A stretch of 64,000 bases of DNA from an uncultured Pelagibacteraceae bacterium (GTDB taxonomy: Bacteria; Pseudomonadota; Alphaproteobacteria; Pelagibacterales; Pelagibacteraceae). A program made the translations under genes and the position numbers. The stretch is taken from positions 1,175-65,174 of the forward strand of contig CACDPY010000003.1 in the NCBI GenBank assembly GCA_902554765.1, read 5' to 3'. Shown here one piece after another: positions 37,997 to 47,131 of this stretch. Below the pieces are notes generated by a model that was not told the origin of the DNA, ran no database searches, and was given only the letters and a program-made list of their open reading frames with translations. Position 1 is the first letter of the stretch, and every line of letters starts with the position of its first letter.

Positions 37997-38851
37997 TTAT
38001 CGGTTAATTCCTCTGAGTCTTTCAGATCTTCTTCGTAAAAGCTCAGCAGTAACTAATATTAATGTAGATAAAATAATTAAACAAGTTGCAACTGCAAGAA
38101 TAGTTGGACTTAATTGTTCTCTTAAACCTGTCCACATCTGTATTGGTATTGTTGTATTTTCAAGTCCAGCCAAAAATAAAACAACTACAACTTCATCAAA
38201 TGATGTTACGAATGCAAATAAACCACCAGAAATTACACCAGGTAGAATTAATGGCAAAGTAATCTTCATAAAAGTATTTACTGGATTACTTCCAAGACTT
38301 GCGGCTGCCCTTGTTACACTGTGATCAAACCCTGATAAAGTCGCCGTTACTGTAATAACTACAAACGGGGTACCTAAAATGATATGTGCAAGAACTATTC
38401 CTGTATGTGTGGCTGCTAGTCCTGCTTTGGCCATAAAGAAAAAAATTGCTACACCTGAAATGATAAGAGGAACAATCATAGGAGAGATTAATACTGCCAT
38501 GATAATACCTTTGTATGGCATATGCCTACTACTTAAACCTAATGCTGCAACAGTACCAAGTAAAACTGAACCAATTGTTGCAAATATTGCAATTATAAAA
38601 CTATTTTTAGCAGCTAAACCCCAGGGGTTTTTAGTTCCATAGATCATATCTTTATACCATCTTAATGAAAAGGCATCAGGGTCTAAACTTTTCATACCAT
38701 CAGAAAAACTTAAAAATTCTTCAGCATTAAAAGATAATGGAAATATTACAAACAAGGGTGCAATTAAAAAAAAGAATACTGAACCACAAATAAATAAATA
38801 AAAATAGTGCCAAATTCTATAATGTAGTTCTGTATGTTTAGGTAAAGCCAT
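37997..38851 (-). CDS. potC: PotC-family ABC permease
   Basis: AAASLG, FVTSFDE. Confidence 0.85.
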   Translation of the reverse strand: MALPKHTELHYRIWHYFYLFICGSVFFFLIAPLFVIFPLSFNAEEFLSFSDGMKSLDPDAFSLRWYKDMIYGTKNPWGLAAKNSFIIAIFATIGSVLLGTVAALGLSSRHMPYKGIIMAVLISPMIVPLIISGVAIFFFMAKAGLAATHTGIVLAHIILGTPFVVITVTATLSGFDHSVTRAAASLGSNPVNTFMKITLPLILPGVISGGLFAFVTSFDEVVVVLFLAGLENTTIPIQMWTGLREQLSPTILAVATCLIILSTLILVTAELLRRRSERLRGINR

Positions 38852-38856
38852 TCTTT

Positions 38857-40110
38857 TTATCCTAATTTAATATTGTCTATTCCAACTAATTTATTATAAA
38901 CCCAGTAAATCGCTAAAACTCCAGCGAGTAACATTAAACCCATTGCAGATGCAAAACTCCAATCTAATGTACTCTTCATATGAAAAGCAATTTGGTTACT
39001 GATTAAAGTACCAGAAGCTCCTCCGACTAAGGCGGGTGTAATATAATAACCTATTGCTAATATAAAACACAACAAGCAACCAGCTCCAATACCAGGAATT
39101 GTTAAAGGAAAATAAACCTTCCAAAAAGCGACTATTGGTGTTCCACCTAGTGATTTTCCTGCTCTCATTAAGCTTGGTGAAATAGTTTTCATAACACTAT
39201 AAAGAGGTAAAACCATAAAAGGCAACAAAATCTGTGTCATTGCAACATATGTTCCTGTTTTATTGTACATCATTTCAGGTCTTGCATCATCAGCGACCAA
39301 ACCTATTCCAACAAAGAAATCGTTAACAATCCCCTGTTGTTGTAACAAAATCATCCAACTGGCAGTTCTTACAAGTAACGATGTCCAAAACGGAAGCAGG
39401 ACACAGATCATTAGTAAGTTACTGTACTTCATGGGTAGAGTAGCTAACAAATGAGCTATTGGATAAGCCATCAAAAAACAAAACAGTGTTACAAAGAATG
39501 CGATTTCCAATGTACGAAGCCATAAAATCCTATGAATTCTTCTATCTTCAGAAACACTAACTATTTTTCCAGTTTCATTTTTATACATATCCATACCTTT
39601 TAGATACTTTTGACCAGTAATTGCTGGAGCTCTTTGTTTAATTGCATTCCAATATTCAACATCAGCCCATCTTTTGTGAACTGCCATTATTTGTTCTTTA
39701 TAATTTCCTTCTTCAAAATTTTTTGATTTTCTTCTTAGTTTTTTAATAATACTTTTAAATCCATTTTTTGTATAATTAAGCTGAGTAGATAGTTTACCCT
39801 CACGTTTTTCTTCTACTAATTTTAGAAAATCTTCATGAAAAGCTGCAAAAACTTCTTCCTCTGGTAACTCTTTTCCATCCCACTTTTCCATTGCTTTAAA
39901 TGTTTTAGGAAGCATTTCAGTTACCATTTTATCATCGACACTTCTCATTAGCATTTCACCAATTGGAAATACGTAGGTAATAATTAAAAATAATAGTAAA
40001 GGCGCAACAAGTAAAAAGGCTTTTATTTTGTTTCTTCTTTCGGCCTTCTTAAGACTTACTTCTAAAGGAATTCCATCAGTTGTTAAAATTTGTTTTGTTT
40101 CTGAGCTCAT
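38857..40110 (-). CDS. potB: PotB-family ABC permease
   Basis: LPFWTSLLVR, LPFMVLPLY, TPALVGG. Confidence 0.85.
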   Translation of the reverse strand: MSSETKQILTTDGIPLEVSLKKAERRNKIKAFLLVAPLLLFLIITYVFPIGEMLMRSVDDKMVTEMLPKTFKAMEKWDGKELPEEEVFAAFHEDFLKLVEEKREGKLSTQLNYTKNGFKSIIKKLRRKSKNFEEGNYKEQIMAVHKRWADVEYWNAIKQRAPAITGQKYLKGMDMYKNETGKIVSVSEDRRIHRILWLRTLEIAFFVTLFCFLMAYPIAHLLATLPMKYSNLLMICVLLPFWTSLLVRTASWMILLQQQGIVNDFFVGIGLVADDARPEMMYNKTGTYVAMTQILLPFMVLPLYSVMKTISPSLMRAGKSLGGTPIVAFWKVYFPLTIPGIGAGCLLCFILAIGYYITPALVGGASGTLISNQIAFHMKSTLDWSFASAMGLMLLAGVLAIYWVYNKLVGIDNIKLG

Positions 40111-40144
40111 AAATAAAAAGGGCGGCTATCAAATAACCGCCCTT
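40111..40144 (-). terminator. Hairpin/terminator between the SBP gene and potB
   Basis: Minus strand AAGGGCGGTTAT-TTG-ATAGCCGCCCTT then TTTATTT. Confidence 0.75.
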
Positions 40145-40181
40145 AAATTATAATATATAATTAAGTTTAATAAAACTTAAA

Positions 40182-41303
40182 TTATAGACCAGCTTTCATA
40201 GCTTCCCATTTTTCACCAAGCTCTGTGCCGTTATCAGCCCAGAAAATTGGATCTACTAAGAAGTAGTTTTTAGTGTTTGCTGGTGCAGTTGGCATTTGTG
40301 GTACCATATTAGTCTTACCATCCTTATACCAAGGCTCTCCTGCTTCCATAACCGCTATAGAAGATTTTCTCCAAGGAGCATATGCAATATATTTTGCACT
40401 TCCAGCTAACATTTCTGTACTAGTCATCATAGCTAAAGCTTTCTTAGCTTTACCATTAGCATCGTTTGGTCCACCCTTAACTTGAACGAAATATTCGTAG
40501 TCAAGACCTTGTCCATCCCATACTTGTACGATTGGTGCACCTTCTCCAACTTCTGCATTGAAGAATCTACCATTCCAACCTGTAGCCATTACAACTTCAC
40601 CTGAAACTAATAGTTCTGGCGGTTGAGCACCTGCAGACCAAAATACACATCCACCTTGTGGATCTGTACATAATTCTTTGATCTTGTTCATAGCTCTTTC
40701 AACACCTTTTTCAGTGTTTAAAGCTTTGTAGATTTTTGCTCCACCTTTTCCTGGTTTGATTCCATCTGCTGCTAAAGCGATTTCTAAGTTAGTCAAAGCG
40801 CTTGAGTAGATAGCTCTTTTTCCAGGGAATTTTTTAGTGTTAAAGAAATCTTTGATAGTCTTTGGAGTGCCTTTAACATTATTTTTGTTATAAGCGTAGT
40901 TCCAAGAATATAAAATATTTCCTACAGCACATTTACTTGGCATTGAAGTAAAGAAATCTTTACTTGCAGGAGTTCCATCTGGTGCAGGTGGAAAATCTTT
41001 GTCAAAATCGAATTCAACAAATAATCCTTCGTCACATCCAGTGATAGTATCCATTGCAAAAACGTCAATAATATCCCACGTAATTGCGCCAGCTTCTTTT
41101 TGTGCTTTGATCTCAGATAATCCACCTGAATAGTCAACCCAGTTAATTTCTATACCAAGTTTCTTAGCAGTAGGATCACCATAACCTAACTTTTGAGACT
41201 CTGTGTAAGCTCCACCCCAAGACACTGCAGTAACTGCAAATGCTGAAGTAGTTACAGAGATAGCAAAAGAAATGGCTAGTAATAATTTACTAATTGTCTT
41301 CAT
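40182..41303 (-). CDS. potD: PotD-family ABC substrate-binding protein (likely osmolyte/betaine-type ligands)
   Basis: Signal peptide from ATG at 41303 after GGAGG (track starts at 41366); SWGGAY..SQ, WNGR motifs. Confidence 0.85.
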   Translation of the reverse strand: MKTISKLLLAISFAISVTTSAFAVTAVSWGGAYTESQKLGYGDPTAKKLGIEINWVDYSGGLSEIKAQKEAGAITWDIIDVFAMDTITGCDEGLFVEFDFDKDFPPAPDGTPASKDFFTSMPSKCAVGNILYSWNYAYNKNNVKGTPKTIKDFFNTKKFPGKRAIYSSALTNLEIALAADGIKPGKGGAKIYKALNTEKGVERAMNKIKELCTDPQGGCVFWSAGAQPPELLVSGEVVMATGWNGRFFNAEVGEGAPIVQVWDGQGLDYEYFVQVKGGPNDANGKAKKALAMMTSTEMLAGSAKYIAYAPWRKSSIAVMEAGEPWYKDGKTNMVPQMPTAPANTKNYFLVDPIFWADNGTELGEKWEAMKAGL

Positions 41304-41337
41304 TTTTCCTCCGTTTAAACGTTTTTTTAAAAAACAG

Positions 41338-41366
41338 ATTACAACAAGATCGATAATGAGAGTCAA
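41338..41366 (-). promoter_or_regulatory. Internal promoter for the potD-like SBP gene
   Basis: Minus strand TTGACT-17 nt-TGTAAT with extended TG. Confidence 0.5.
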
Positions 41367-41395
41367 CAGCCCATTTTACCTAATTTAACGATATA

Positions 41396-42481
41396 TTACT
41401 TGGGATCTAGAGCTCTTGCGTCTTCACTGTTCCACCCAATTTTGATATCTTTACCTAGTTTGATATCCATGTTGGCTGAGCTATTTGGAACTTTTAAAAT
41501 AAATTCATTGTTACCTAAAAGGTTAATACGAACTCTTGTATGATCTCCATGATATATCACTTCCTCAATTTTTCCTGAGTAAATATTATCCATTTTATCA
41601 CTTGGATTAATCAATGCCCTTTCAGGTCTAAGAGAAATTTTTGTTTTTTCACCTTTTCCTTTTACTGATATAGGGTTTGCTAATATTTCTGAATTAGCTA
41701 CTTTTACTTTACATTTTCCACCTGAAATATCTGTAACCTCACCAGCAAAAGTATTGTTCTCACCAATAAATTCTGCAACAAAAGAGTTAACTGGTTTTTC
41801 ATATAACTCATCAGGACTTGAAAGTTGTTGAACTTTACCATCATTGAATACTGCTATACGGTTTGACATGGTAAGAGCCTCACTTTGATCATGAGTAACA
41901 TAAACAACTGTCACACCTATACTTTCGTGAATATGTTTTATTTCATATTGCATACTCTCTCTTAAATTTTTATCCAAAGCTCCTAAAGGTTCATCCATTA
42001 AAACTAATTGTGGATCAAATACTAAAGATCTTGCAACTGCTACCCTTTGTTGCTGACCACCAGATAACTGACCAGGCATCCTATCAGCAAAACCTTGTAG
42101 TGAGACCATTGATAATGCTTTGTCAATTTTTTTATCTGCTTCATCTTTTGGAATTTTTCTAACTCTTAATGGAAATGCTAAATTTTCATAAACTGTCATG
42201 TGTGGAAATAAAGCATAGTTTTGAAAAACCATTCCAATACCTCTCTTATGAGGTGGAATACTTGATATTGCTCTTCCATCTAAATAAATTTCACCATGAG
42301 TTGGTGTTTCAAATCCTGCCAACATCATTAAGCATGTTGTCTTACCAGAACCAGAGGGCCCTAACATTGTAACAAATTCACCTTCTTCAATATCTAATTG
42401 AAGATCTTTCACTACTAGGATTTTCCCATCGTAGCTTTTGTCAACTTTATCAAATTTAACGAAATCTTTTTTTAAGGCCAT
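41396..42481 (-). CDS. potA: PotA-family ABC ATP-binding protein
   Basis: GPSGSGKT, VFQNYALFPH, LSGGQQQR; likely start ATG 42481 (track 42523). Confidence 0.9.
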   Translation of the reverse strand: MALKKDFVKFDKVDKSYDGKILVVKDLQLDIEEGEFVTMLGPSGSGKTTCLMMLAGFETPTHGEIYLDGRAISSIPPHKRGIGMVFQNYALFPHMTVYENLAFPLRVRKIPKDEADKKIDKALSMVSLQGFADRMPGQLSGGQQQRVAVARSLVFDPQLVLMDEPLGALDKNLRESMQYEIKHIHESIGVTVVYVTHDQSEALTMSNRIAVFNDGKVQQLSSPDELYEKPVNSFVAEFIGENNTFAGEVTDISGGKCKVKVANSEILANPISVKGKGEKTKISLRPERALINPSDKMDNIYSGKIEEVIYHGDHTRVRINLLGNNEFILKVPNSSANMDIKLGKDIKIGWNSEDARALDPK

Positions 42482-42533
42482 AATTTTAGGTAACTTTAAA
42501 ACATTTGTATGAATAAATATCAACCATTAATAA

Positions 42534-43703
42534 TTAGCTTTTAATATGAAGTTCCTTAGAAAAATTACAAAAAAGTTCAAAACCTTTATCTGTTACTCTG
42601 ATTGCTTCTGAAGCTTCTACTCCCCAATTTCCAAATTGCATTACTGCAATCATATGAAAAGTAACGTTAGGTTGTAATACTGTCATGTCACCTTTTGATA
42701 TATTTAAAGTATGTTCACCCCAATCAGGTGGGTAGCCTATACCAATCGAATATCCAGTTCTTGAAGTTTTTTCAATTCCATATTTATCCAATACTTTCCA
42801 AAAAGCTTGGGCAACGTCATCTGCTGTATTACCTGCTTTGACTAAATCAATACCAGCTTGAAGTGCTTCATTTGTTTTCTTCATTGTATCAATCTTCTTT
42901 TGATCTGGTTTACCAAGTAAAACTGTTCGAGCCATCGGACAATGATATTTTTTATTAACTCCTGATAATTCAATAATTGTAGCCTCCCCCTCTACAAATT
43001 TATCTTCCGACCATGTTAAATGTGAAGCCGATGTACCTTTTCCAGTTGGTATCATTGGAACTATGGATGAATAATCACCTCCAAATTCAGGTGTTCCTTT
43101 TATCAATGTGGTATAAATTTCAGAAACTGCATCGCACTGTCTTACTCCAGGACTAATAGCATCAAAAGCTTTTTTCATTCCTAATTCAGTAATTTGAGCT
43201 GCTGCTTTCATAAACTTTATTTCTGCATCTGATTTAACAACTCTCACCCAATTGACTAATCTTTTACAATCTAAAACTTTAGCATTAGGTAAACCTTGTT
43301 TGATTTTTTCATAACAATAAGCTGTAAAATAATGGCTATCCATTTCTAGCCCAATAGAATGTTTGTCCCATTTTCTCTCTTTAATAAGATCAACAAGTGC
43401 ATCATAAGGATGTAGTGGCCAGGCATGAATATATTTTTCATGATATTTAATTATATTTTCATCCTTAAGATAAGTTTTAATATACGCACCCCCCGCATCT
43501 TGATTTCTAACAAAACAAATCGGTTCCTCTGCATTGACATGCACTATTACACATTGAGCATAATAAAACGACCATGCATCATAGCCAGTTAAATAATTCA
43601 TGTTGGATGGATCTTGTGAAATTAGAAGTTCAATACCTTTTTCTTGCATTGAGTCTTGAACTTTCTTTAATCTAGATTTGTATTCTTCGTTTGTAAAATT
43701 CAT
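42534..43703 (-). CDS. M24-family hydrolase, ectoine hydrolase DoeA/EutD-like
   Basis: NMNYLTGYDAWSFY, LVNWVR, ASHLTW, RTGYSIG..YPPDWGE, TFH. Confidence 0.8.
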   Translation of the reverse strand: MNFTNEEYKSRLKKVQDSMQEKGIELLISQDPSNMNYLTGYDAWSFYYAQCVIVHVNAEEPICFVRNQDAGGAYIKTYLKDENIIKYHEKYIHAWPLHPYDALVDLIKERKWDKHSIGLEMDSHYFTAYCYEKIKQGLPNAKVLDCKRLVNWVRVVKSDAEIKFMKAAAQITELGMKKAFDAISPGVRQCDAVSEIYTTLIKGTPEFGGDYSSIVPMIPTGKGTSASHLTWSEDKFVEGEATIIELSGVNKKYHCPMARTVLLGKPDQKKIDTMKKTNEALQAGIDLVKAGNTADDVAQAFWKVLDKYGIEKTSRTGYSIGIGYPPDWGEHTLNISKGDMTVLQPNVTFHMIAVMQFGNWGVEASEAIRVTDKGFELFCNFSKELHIKS

Positions 43704-43706
43704 AAT

Positions 43707-44450
43707 TTAATTATTAAATAATTCACCAAAACCTTCGACTTTATTATCATAATTTATTTCTTTAAGAGTATCCCAAATTAAAGTTTGGTTGCTTGATAAA
43801 ACAATTTTATTTATTTTTTTTTCTAATTCATCAATTACTGAAAGCACCGGTAAAGCAGTACAAGAAACAAATAAAGCATCACTCTTTAATAAATCTATTT
43901 TTGTAAGAGTATCAAATACATGTTGTGGGTCCACTTTACCAATATCTAGATCTGAAGCTATATCAAAATAAGAGAGTTGATCTATTTCAATATCTTCTTT
44001 TTTAAAATAATTAATTACTGATTGATTTATTTCATTAGTATAAGGAGTAAAAATTGATAATTTTTTTATATTTAAACTTTTGAGTGCATTTATTGCTGAT
44101 GTTATTGGTGTTGTGACTTTAGTATTTGGTTTTGCCAAATTTACTTTCTCAAGAATTGATTGATAACCTGCAGCTATTGTTCCTGATGTACAGCCATAAG
44201 CAACACAATCTAATTTTTGGTCTGGCAAAATATCCTCTGTAACTTTTGGAATATCATCTGCCATCTTTTTTAATGTTTCATTTGTTAAAGGATTATAGCA
44301 TTTAATTCTATTGCAGTATAAATCTATGTTCTTCCCAAAAATTACATTATTAAAATCTTTTTCGATTCTAAAATCGCTAGCCAATGTAATTAACCCGACC
44401 CTTGGATTATGTTTTTTTAGATATTTTGGTTCAATCTTAGTTAATTTCAT
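43707..44450 (-). CDS. Asp/Glu racemase / maleate isomerase family (EutA-like)
   Basis: Two catalytic Cys motifs YGCTSG and SCTAL; TPY; SSNQ. Confidence 0.82.
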   Translation of the reverse strand: MKLTKIEPKYLKKHNPRVGLITLASDFRIEKDFNNVIFGKNIDLYCNRIKCYNPLTNETLKKMADDIPKVTEDILPDQKLDCVAYGCTSGTIAAGYQSILEKVNLAKPNTKVTTPITSAINALKSLNIKKLSIFTPYTNEINQSVINYFKKEDIEIDQLSYFDIASDLDIGKVDPQHVFDTLTKIDLLKSDALFVSCTALPVLSVIDELEKKINKIVLSSNQTLIWDTLKEINYDNKVEGFGELFNN

Positions 44451-44472
44451 TTAAAGCTTGATTAAATATATA

Positions 44473-44501
44473 TTGATTAAATAGTCTAGTTAAATTACAG
44501 T
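44473..44501 (+). promoter_or_regulatory. Putative promoter of the LLM operon
   Basis: TTGATT-17 nt-TACAGT; direct repeat TTGATTAAATA at 44458 and 44473. Confidence 0.45.
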
Positions 44502-44590
44502 CTTGTTTGAGCGATACATAACTCGTCGATATTTACAAAATACGAAAGTGGGATCAATCGTCTTAGATTTAATTATTTAAGGAGGTTAGA

Positions 44591-45757
44591 ATGAAATTTG
44601 GTTACTTTTGCAATACCACGAACTGGGATCATAAACCGTATAAACAATTATTAGATGAAACGAAAGAAATCACTACTTATTGTGATGAAAATAATTGGAA
44701 CTCTATTTGGTATACGGAGCATCACTTTAATCATGAAGGAATGGAGTCTTGCACAAACCCTTTAATGATGGGTGTTGATGCGGCTGCAAGAACTAAACAA
44801 ATTAGAATAGGACAAGCTTGTAATGTTATCACTTTCCATAACCCAATAAGGCTAGCAGAGGACATTGCTTTATTAGATCAATTATCAAATGGAAGAGTTG
44901 AAGTTGGAATTGGCAGAGGCATCTATGGAAGAGAAGCTATAAATATGAATAAAGAGGCTGATCTTAAAGATCAAGCTAAAAACTTTAGATTATTTGATGA
45001 AACATTAACTATAATGAAAAAAGCTTGGACTGAGGAATTTTTTAGTCACAAGGGTGAATTCTATACTTATCCATCACCAAATTTTGTTTGGCAACATGAT
45101 ATGAGTCCACCAAGTGAAAAATTTTTAGATACAAAAACAAATGAAATTAAAAAGATAAGTATTGTTCCAAAACCAAAGCAAGCTCCTCATCCTCCAATTT
45201 GGCAGGTAGTAGATGGTGCAAGATCAATTGAATGGGCAGCGCAAAATGGTCTTAATACTATAATGTGGATACCTACTGTAAAAGCGTTAAAGAAAAGATT
45301 TGAGATATATAGAGATGCGAAATCAAAAGCTGAAAACAGAGATATTGCATTAGGAGAAGGAATTTCTTTAGTTAGGGATATGTTTGTTGCAGAAACTATG
45401 GAAGAAGCAGAAAAATTAGCTGGGGAACACATCATAAATTATATGAGATGGGTTTGCCATTGGAGAGGCTTAGGGAATCATATGGATCCAGGTGAAGAAT
45501 TACCAGAGACAAAACATAAATTAGATCTTCTTAATTATGATTTCTTACATAAAAGAAATCTATTATTTGGCACTCCTGAGTACGTAGTTAACAAAATTAA
45601 TGAATTAAAATCAGAATTAAATTTACAAAACTTACAAGTTTGGTCAAACTTTCCTGGAATTGATCACAAAGCTTGTATGAGAAGTATAAAACTGTTTAAT
45701 GATGAAGTGATACCTAAAATTAATTTTGATAACGACGATATAGAGAAAGCCAGTTAG
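44591..45757 (+). CDS. Luciferase-like (LLM) flavin-dependent monooxygenase
   Basis: W..EHHF, P.RLAEDIA.LD.LS.GR, PKPKQ.PHPPIW, GTPE; AAGGAGG RBS. Confidence 0.9.
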   Translation: MKFGYFCNTTNWDHKPYKQLLDETKEITTYCDENNWNSIWYTEHHFNHEGMESCTNPLMMGVDAAARTKQIRIGQACNVITFHNPIRLAEDIALLDQLSNGRVEVGIGRGIYGREAINMNKEADLKDQAKNFRLFDETLTIMKKAWTEEFFSHKGEFYTYPSPNFVWQHDMSPPSEKFLDTKTNEIKKISIVPKPKQAPHPPIWQVVDGARSIEWAAQNGLNTIMWIPTVKALKKRFEIYRDAKSKAENRDIALGEGISLVRDMFVAETMEEAEKLAGEHIINYMRWVCHWRGLGNHMDPGEELPETKHKLDLLNYDFLHKRNLLFGTPEYVVNKINELKSELNLQNLQVWSNFPGIDHKACMRSIKLFNDEVIPKINFDNDDIEKAS

Positions 45758-46344
45758 TGAAACTTGAATTAAGGAAATTTACAAAATTTGTAGATAAAAC
45801 TTTTATTGAGGGTGGAAAAGATGCCAAAGAACCTGTTTTGATGGTTTCAGTGGCAGCTGTTTTTAAAAACCCTTGGGCTGGGCAAGGGTTTGTGGAAGAT
45901 TTAAAACCGATCATTTTAGATTTAGCTCCAAAACTTGGTGACGTATTAGTACCAGAATTAATTAAAGAAATTGGATCACCTGAAAAAATTTTAGCTTATG
46001 GAAAAGCTGGCACTGTAGGATTAAATGGTGAAATAGAACATGCATCAGCTTTTATTCATACTTTAAGATTTGGAAATAAATTTAGAGATGCTGTTGGGGG
46101 TACTTCGTATTTAAGTTTTACAAATACAAGAGGGCCTGCAGGATCTAAGATATCTATTCCAATGATGCACAAAACAGACTCCGGTTTAAGACCATATTAT
46201 CTTACTCATGAGTTTACTATTCATGATGCGCCATTTGATGATGAAATTGTAATTGCAATTGGTGGTGCCTCAAGTGGAAGAGCTCATGCTAGAACTGGAG
46301 ATCGTTATCAAGATATGAAAGAAATGGGATTAGACCCCAAATAA
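45757..46344 (+). CDS. Amino acid synthesis family (DUF1185) protein, TgnF-like
   Basis: AAVFKNPWAG, YGKAG..G.NGE.EHA, FGN, P.MHK, DAP..DEI; GTG start overlapping the LLM stop. Confidence 0.82.
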   Translation: MKLELRKFTKFVDKTFIEGGKDAKEPVLMVSVAAVFKNPWAGQGFVEDLKPIILDLAPKLGDVLVPELIKEIGSPEKILAYGKAGTVGLNGEIEHASAFIHTLRFGNKFRDAVGGTSYLSFTNTRGPAGSKISIPMMHKTDSGLRPYYLTHEFTIHDAPFDDEIVIAIGGASSGRAHARTGDRYQDMKEMGLDPK

Positions 46345-46348
46345 TCTA

Positions 46349-47131
46349 ATGTCCCAAAATTTTGATCAAAATCAAAATTACTATTTATTTAATAAAAAAG
46401 ATACTATCCCTATTGTATTTATCCATGGAGTAGGACTTGATCATCAAATGTGGGATTATCAAACAAATTACTTTAATGAATATTCAACTTTAACTTATGA
46501 TTTATTAGGACACGGAAAGACCCCATACAATAAGGATGAATTAAGTCTAAAAGATTTTTCAGATCAACTTTTAGAAATTTTAGATTATTTGAAAATTGAA
46601 AAAATAAATCTTATAGGTTTTTCCTTAGGTGCTTTGATTGCTTTGAATTTTTCATCTCATTTTCAAAAAAAAGTTGAAAAACTTATATTACTTGGGACTA
46701 CTTATAAGAGATCAGATGAGGAAAGATCAGTTGTATTAGATAGATATAACCAAGCAAAATTAAATAAACCAATATCTAAACAAGCTTTAAAAAGATGGTT
46801 TAGTGAAAAATATCTTAAAGATAATCCAGAAACTTATGATTTGTTTATGAAGATCTTAAATAAAGAGCCAAATGATCATAAAAACTTTCTTAAAGCTTAC
46901 AAGTTATTTGCCAATCATTATGATGATTTAGAGGCAATAAAAAAAATTGATAGAAAAACTTTGGTAATGACTGGCTCAGATGATATTGGCTCAACTCCAG
47001 CAATGTCTAAGGAATTGGTTAAAGACCTTGTAAATTCTACTTATATTGAAATTCAAAATGGTAAACATCTTTGTAGTATAGAATGTGCAGATGATGTTAA
47101 TATAAATATTAAAAATTTTATTAATTATTAA
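46349..47131 (+). CDS. Alpha/beta hydrolase, TgnD-like
   Basis: IHGVG, D..GHG, nucleophile GFSLG, YKR....R..V..R, RWF, TGSDD.GST..M. Confidence 0.85.
   Translation: MSQNFDQNQNYYLFNKKDTIPIVFIHGVGLDHQMWDYQTNYFNEYSTLTYDLLGHGKTPYNKDELSLKDFSDQLLEILDYLKIEKINLIGFSLGALIALNFSSHFQKKVEKLILLGTTYKRSDEERSVVLDRYNQAKLNKPISKQALKRWFSEKYLKDNPETYDLFMKILNKEPNDHKNFLKAYKLFANHYDDLEAIKKIDRKTLVMTGSDDIGSTPAMSKELVKDLVNSTYIEIQNGKHLCSIECADDVNINIKNFINY

Noticed and set aside
41304-41366. N-terminal extension of the potD-like ORF in the track
   Set aside because: The GGAGG RBS and signal peptide point to ATG at 41303; the extension overlaps a likely promoter
44506-44567. Purine riboswitch resemblance (CATAA...GATAT)
   Set aside because: Lacks the UUUCUACC junction and loop-loop pairing; kept only as an unknown structured leader
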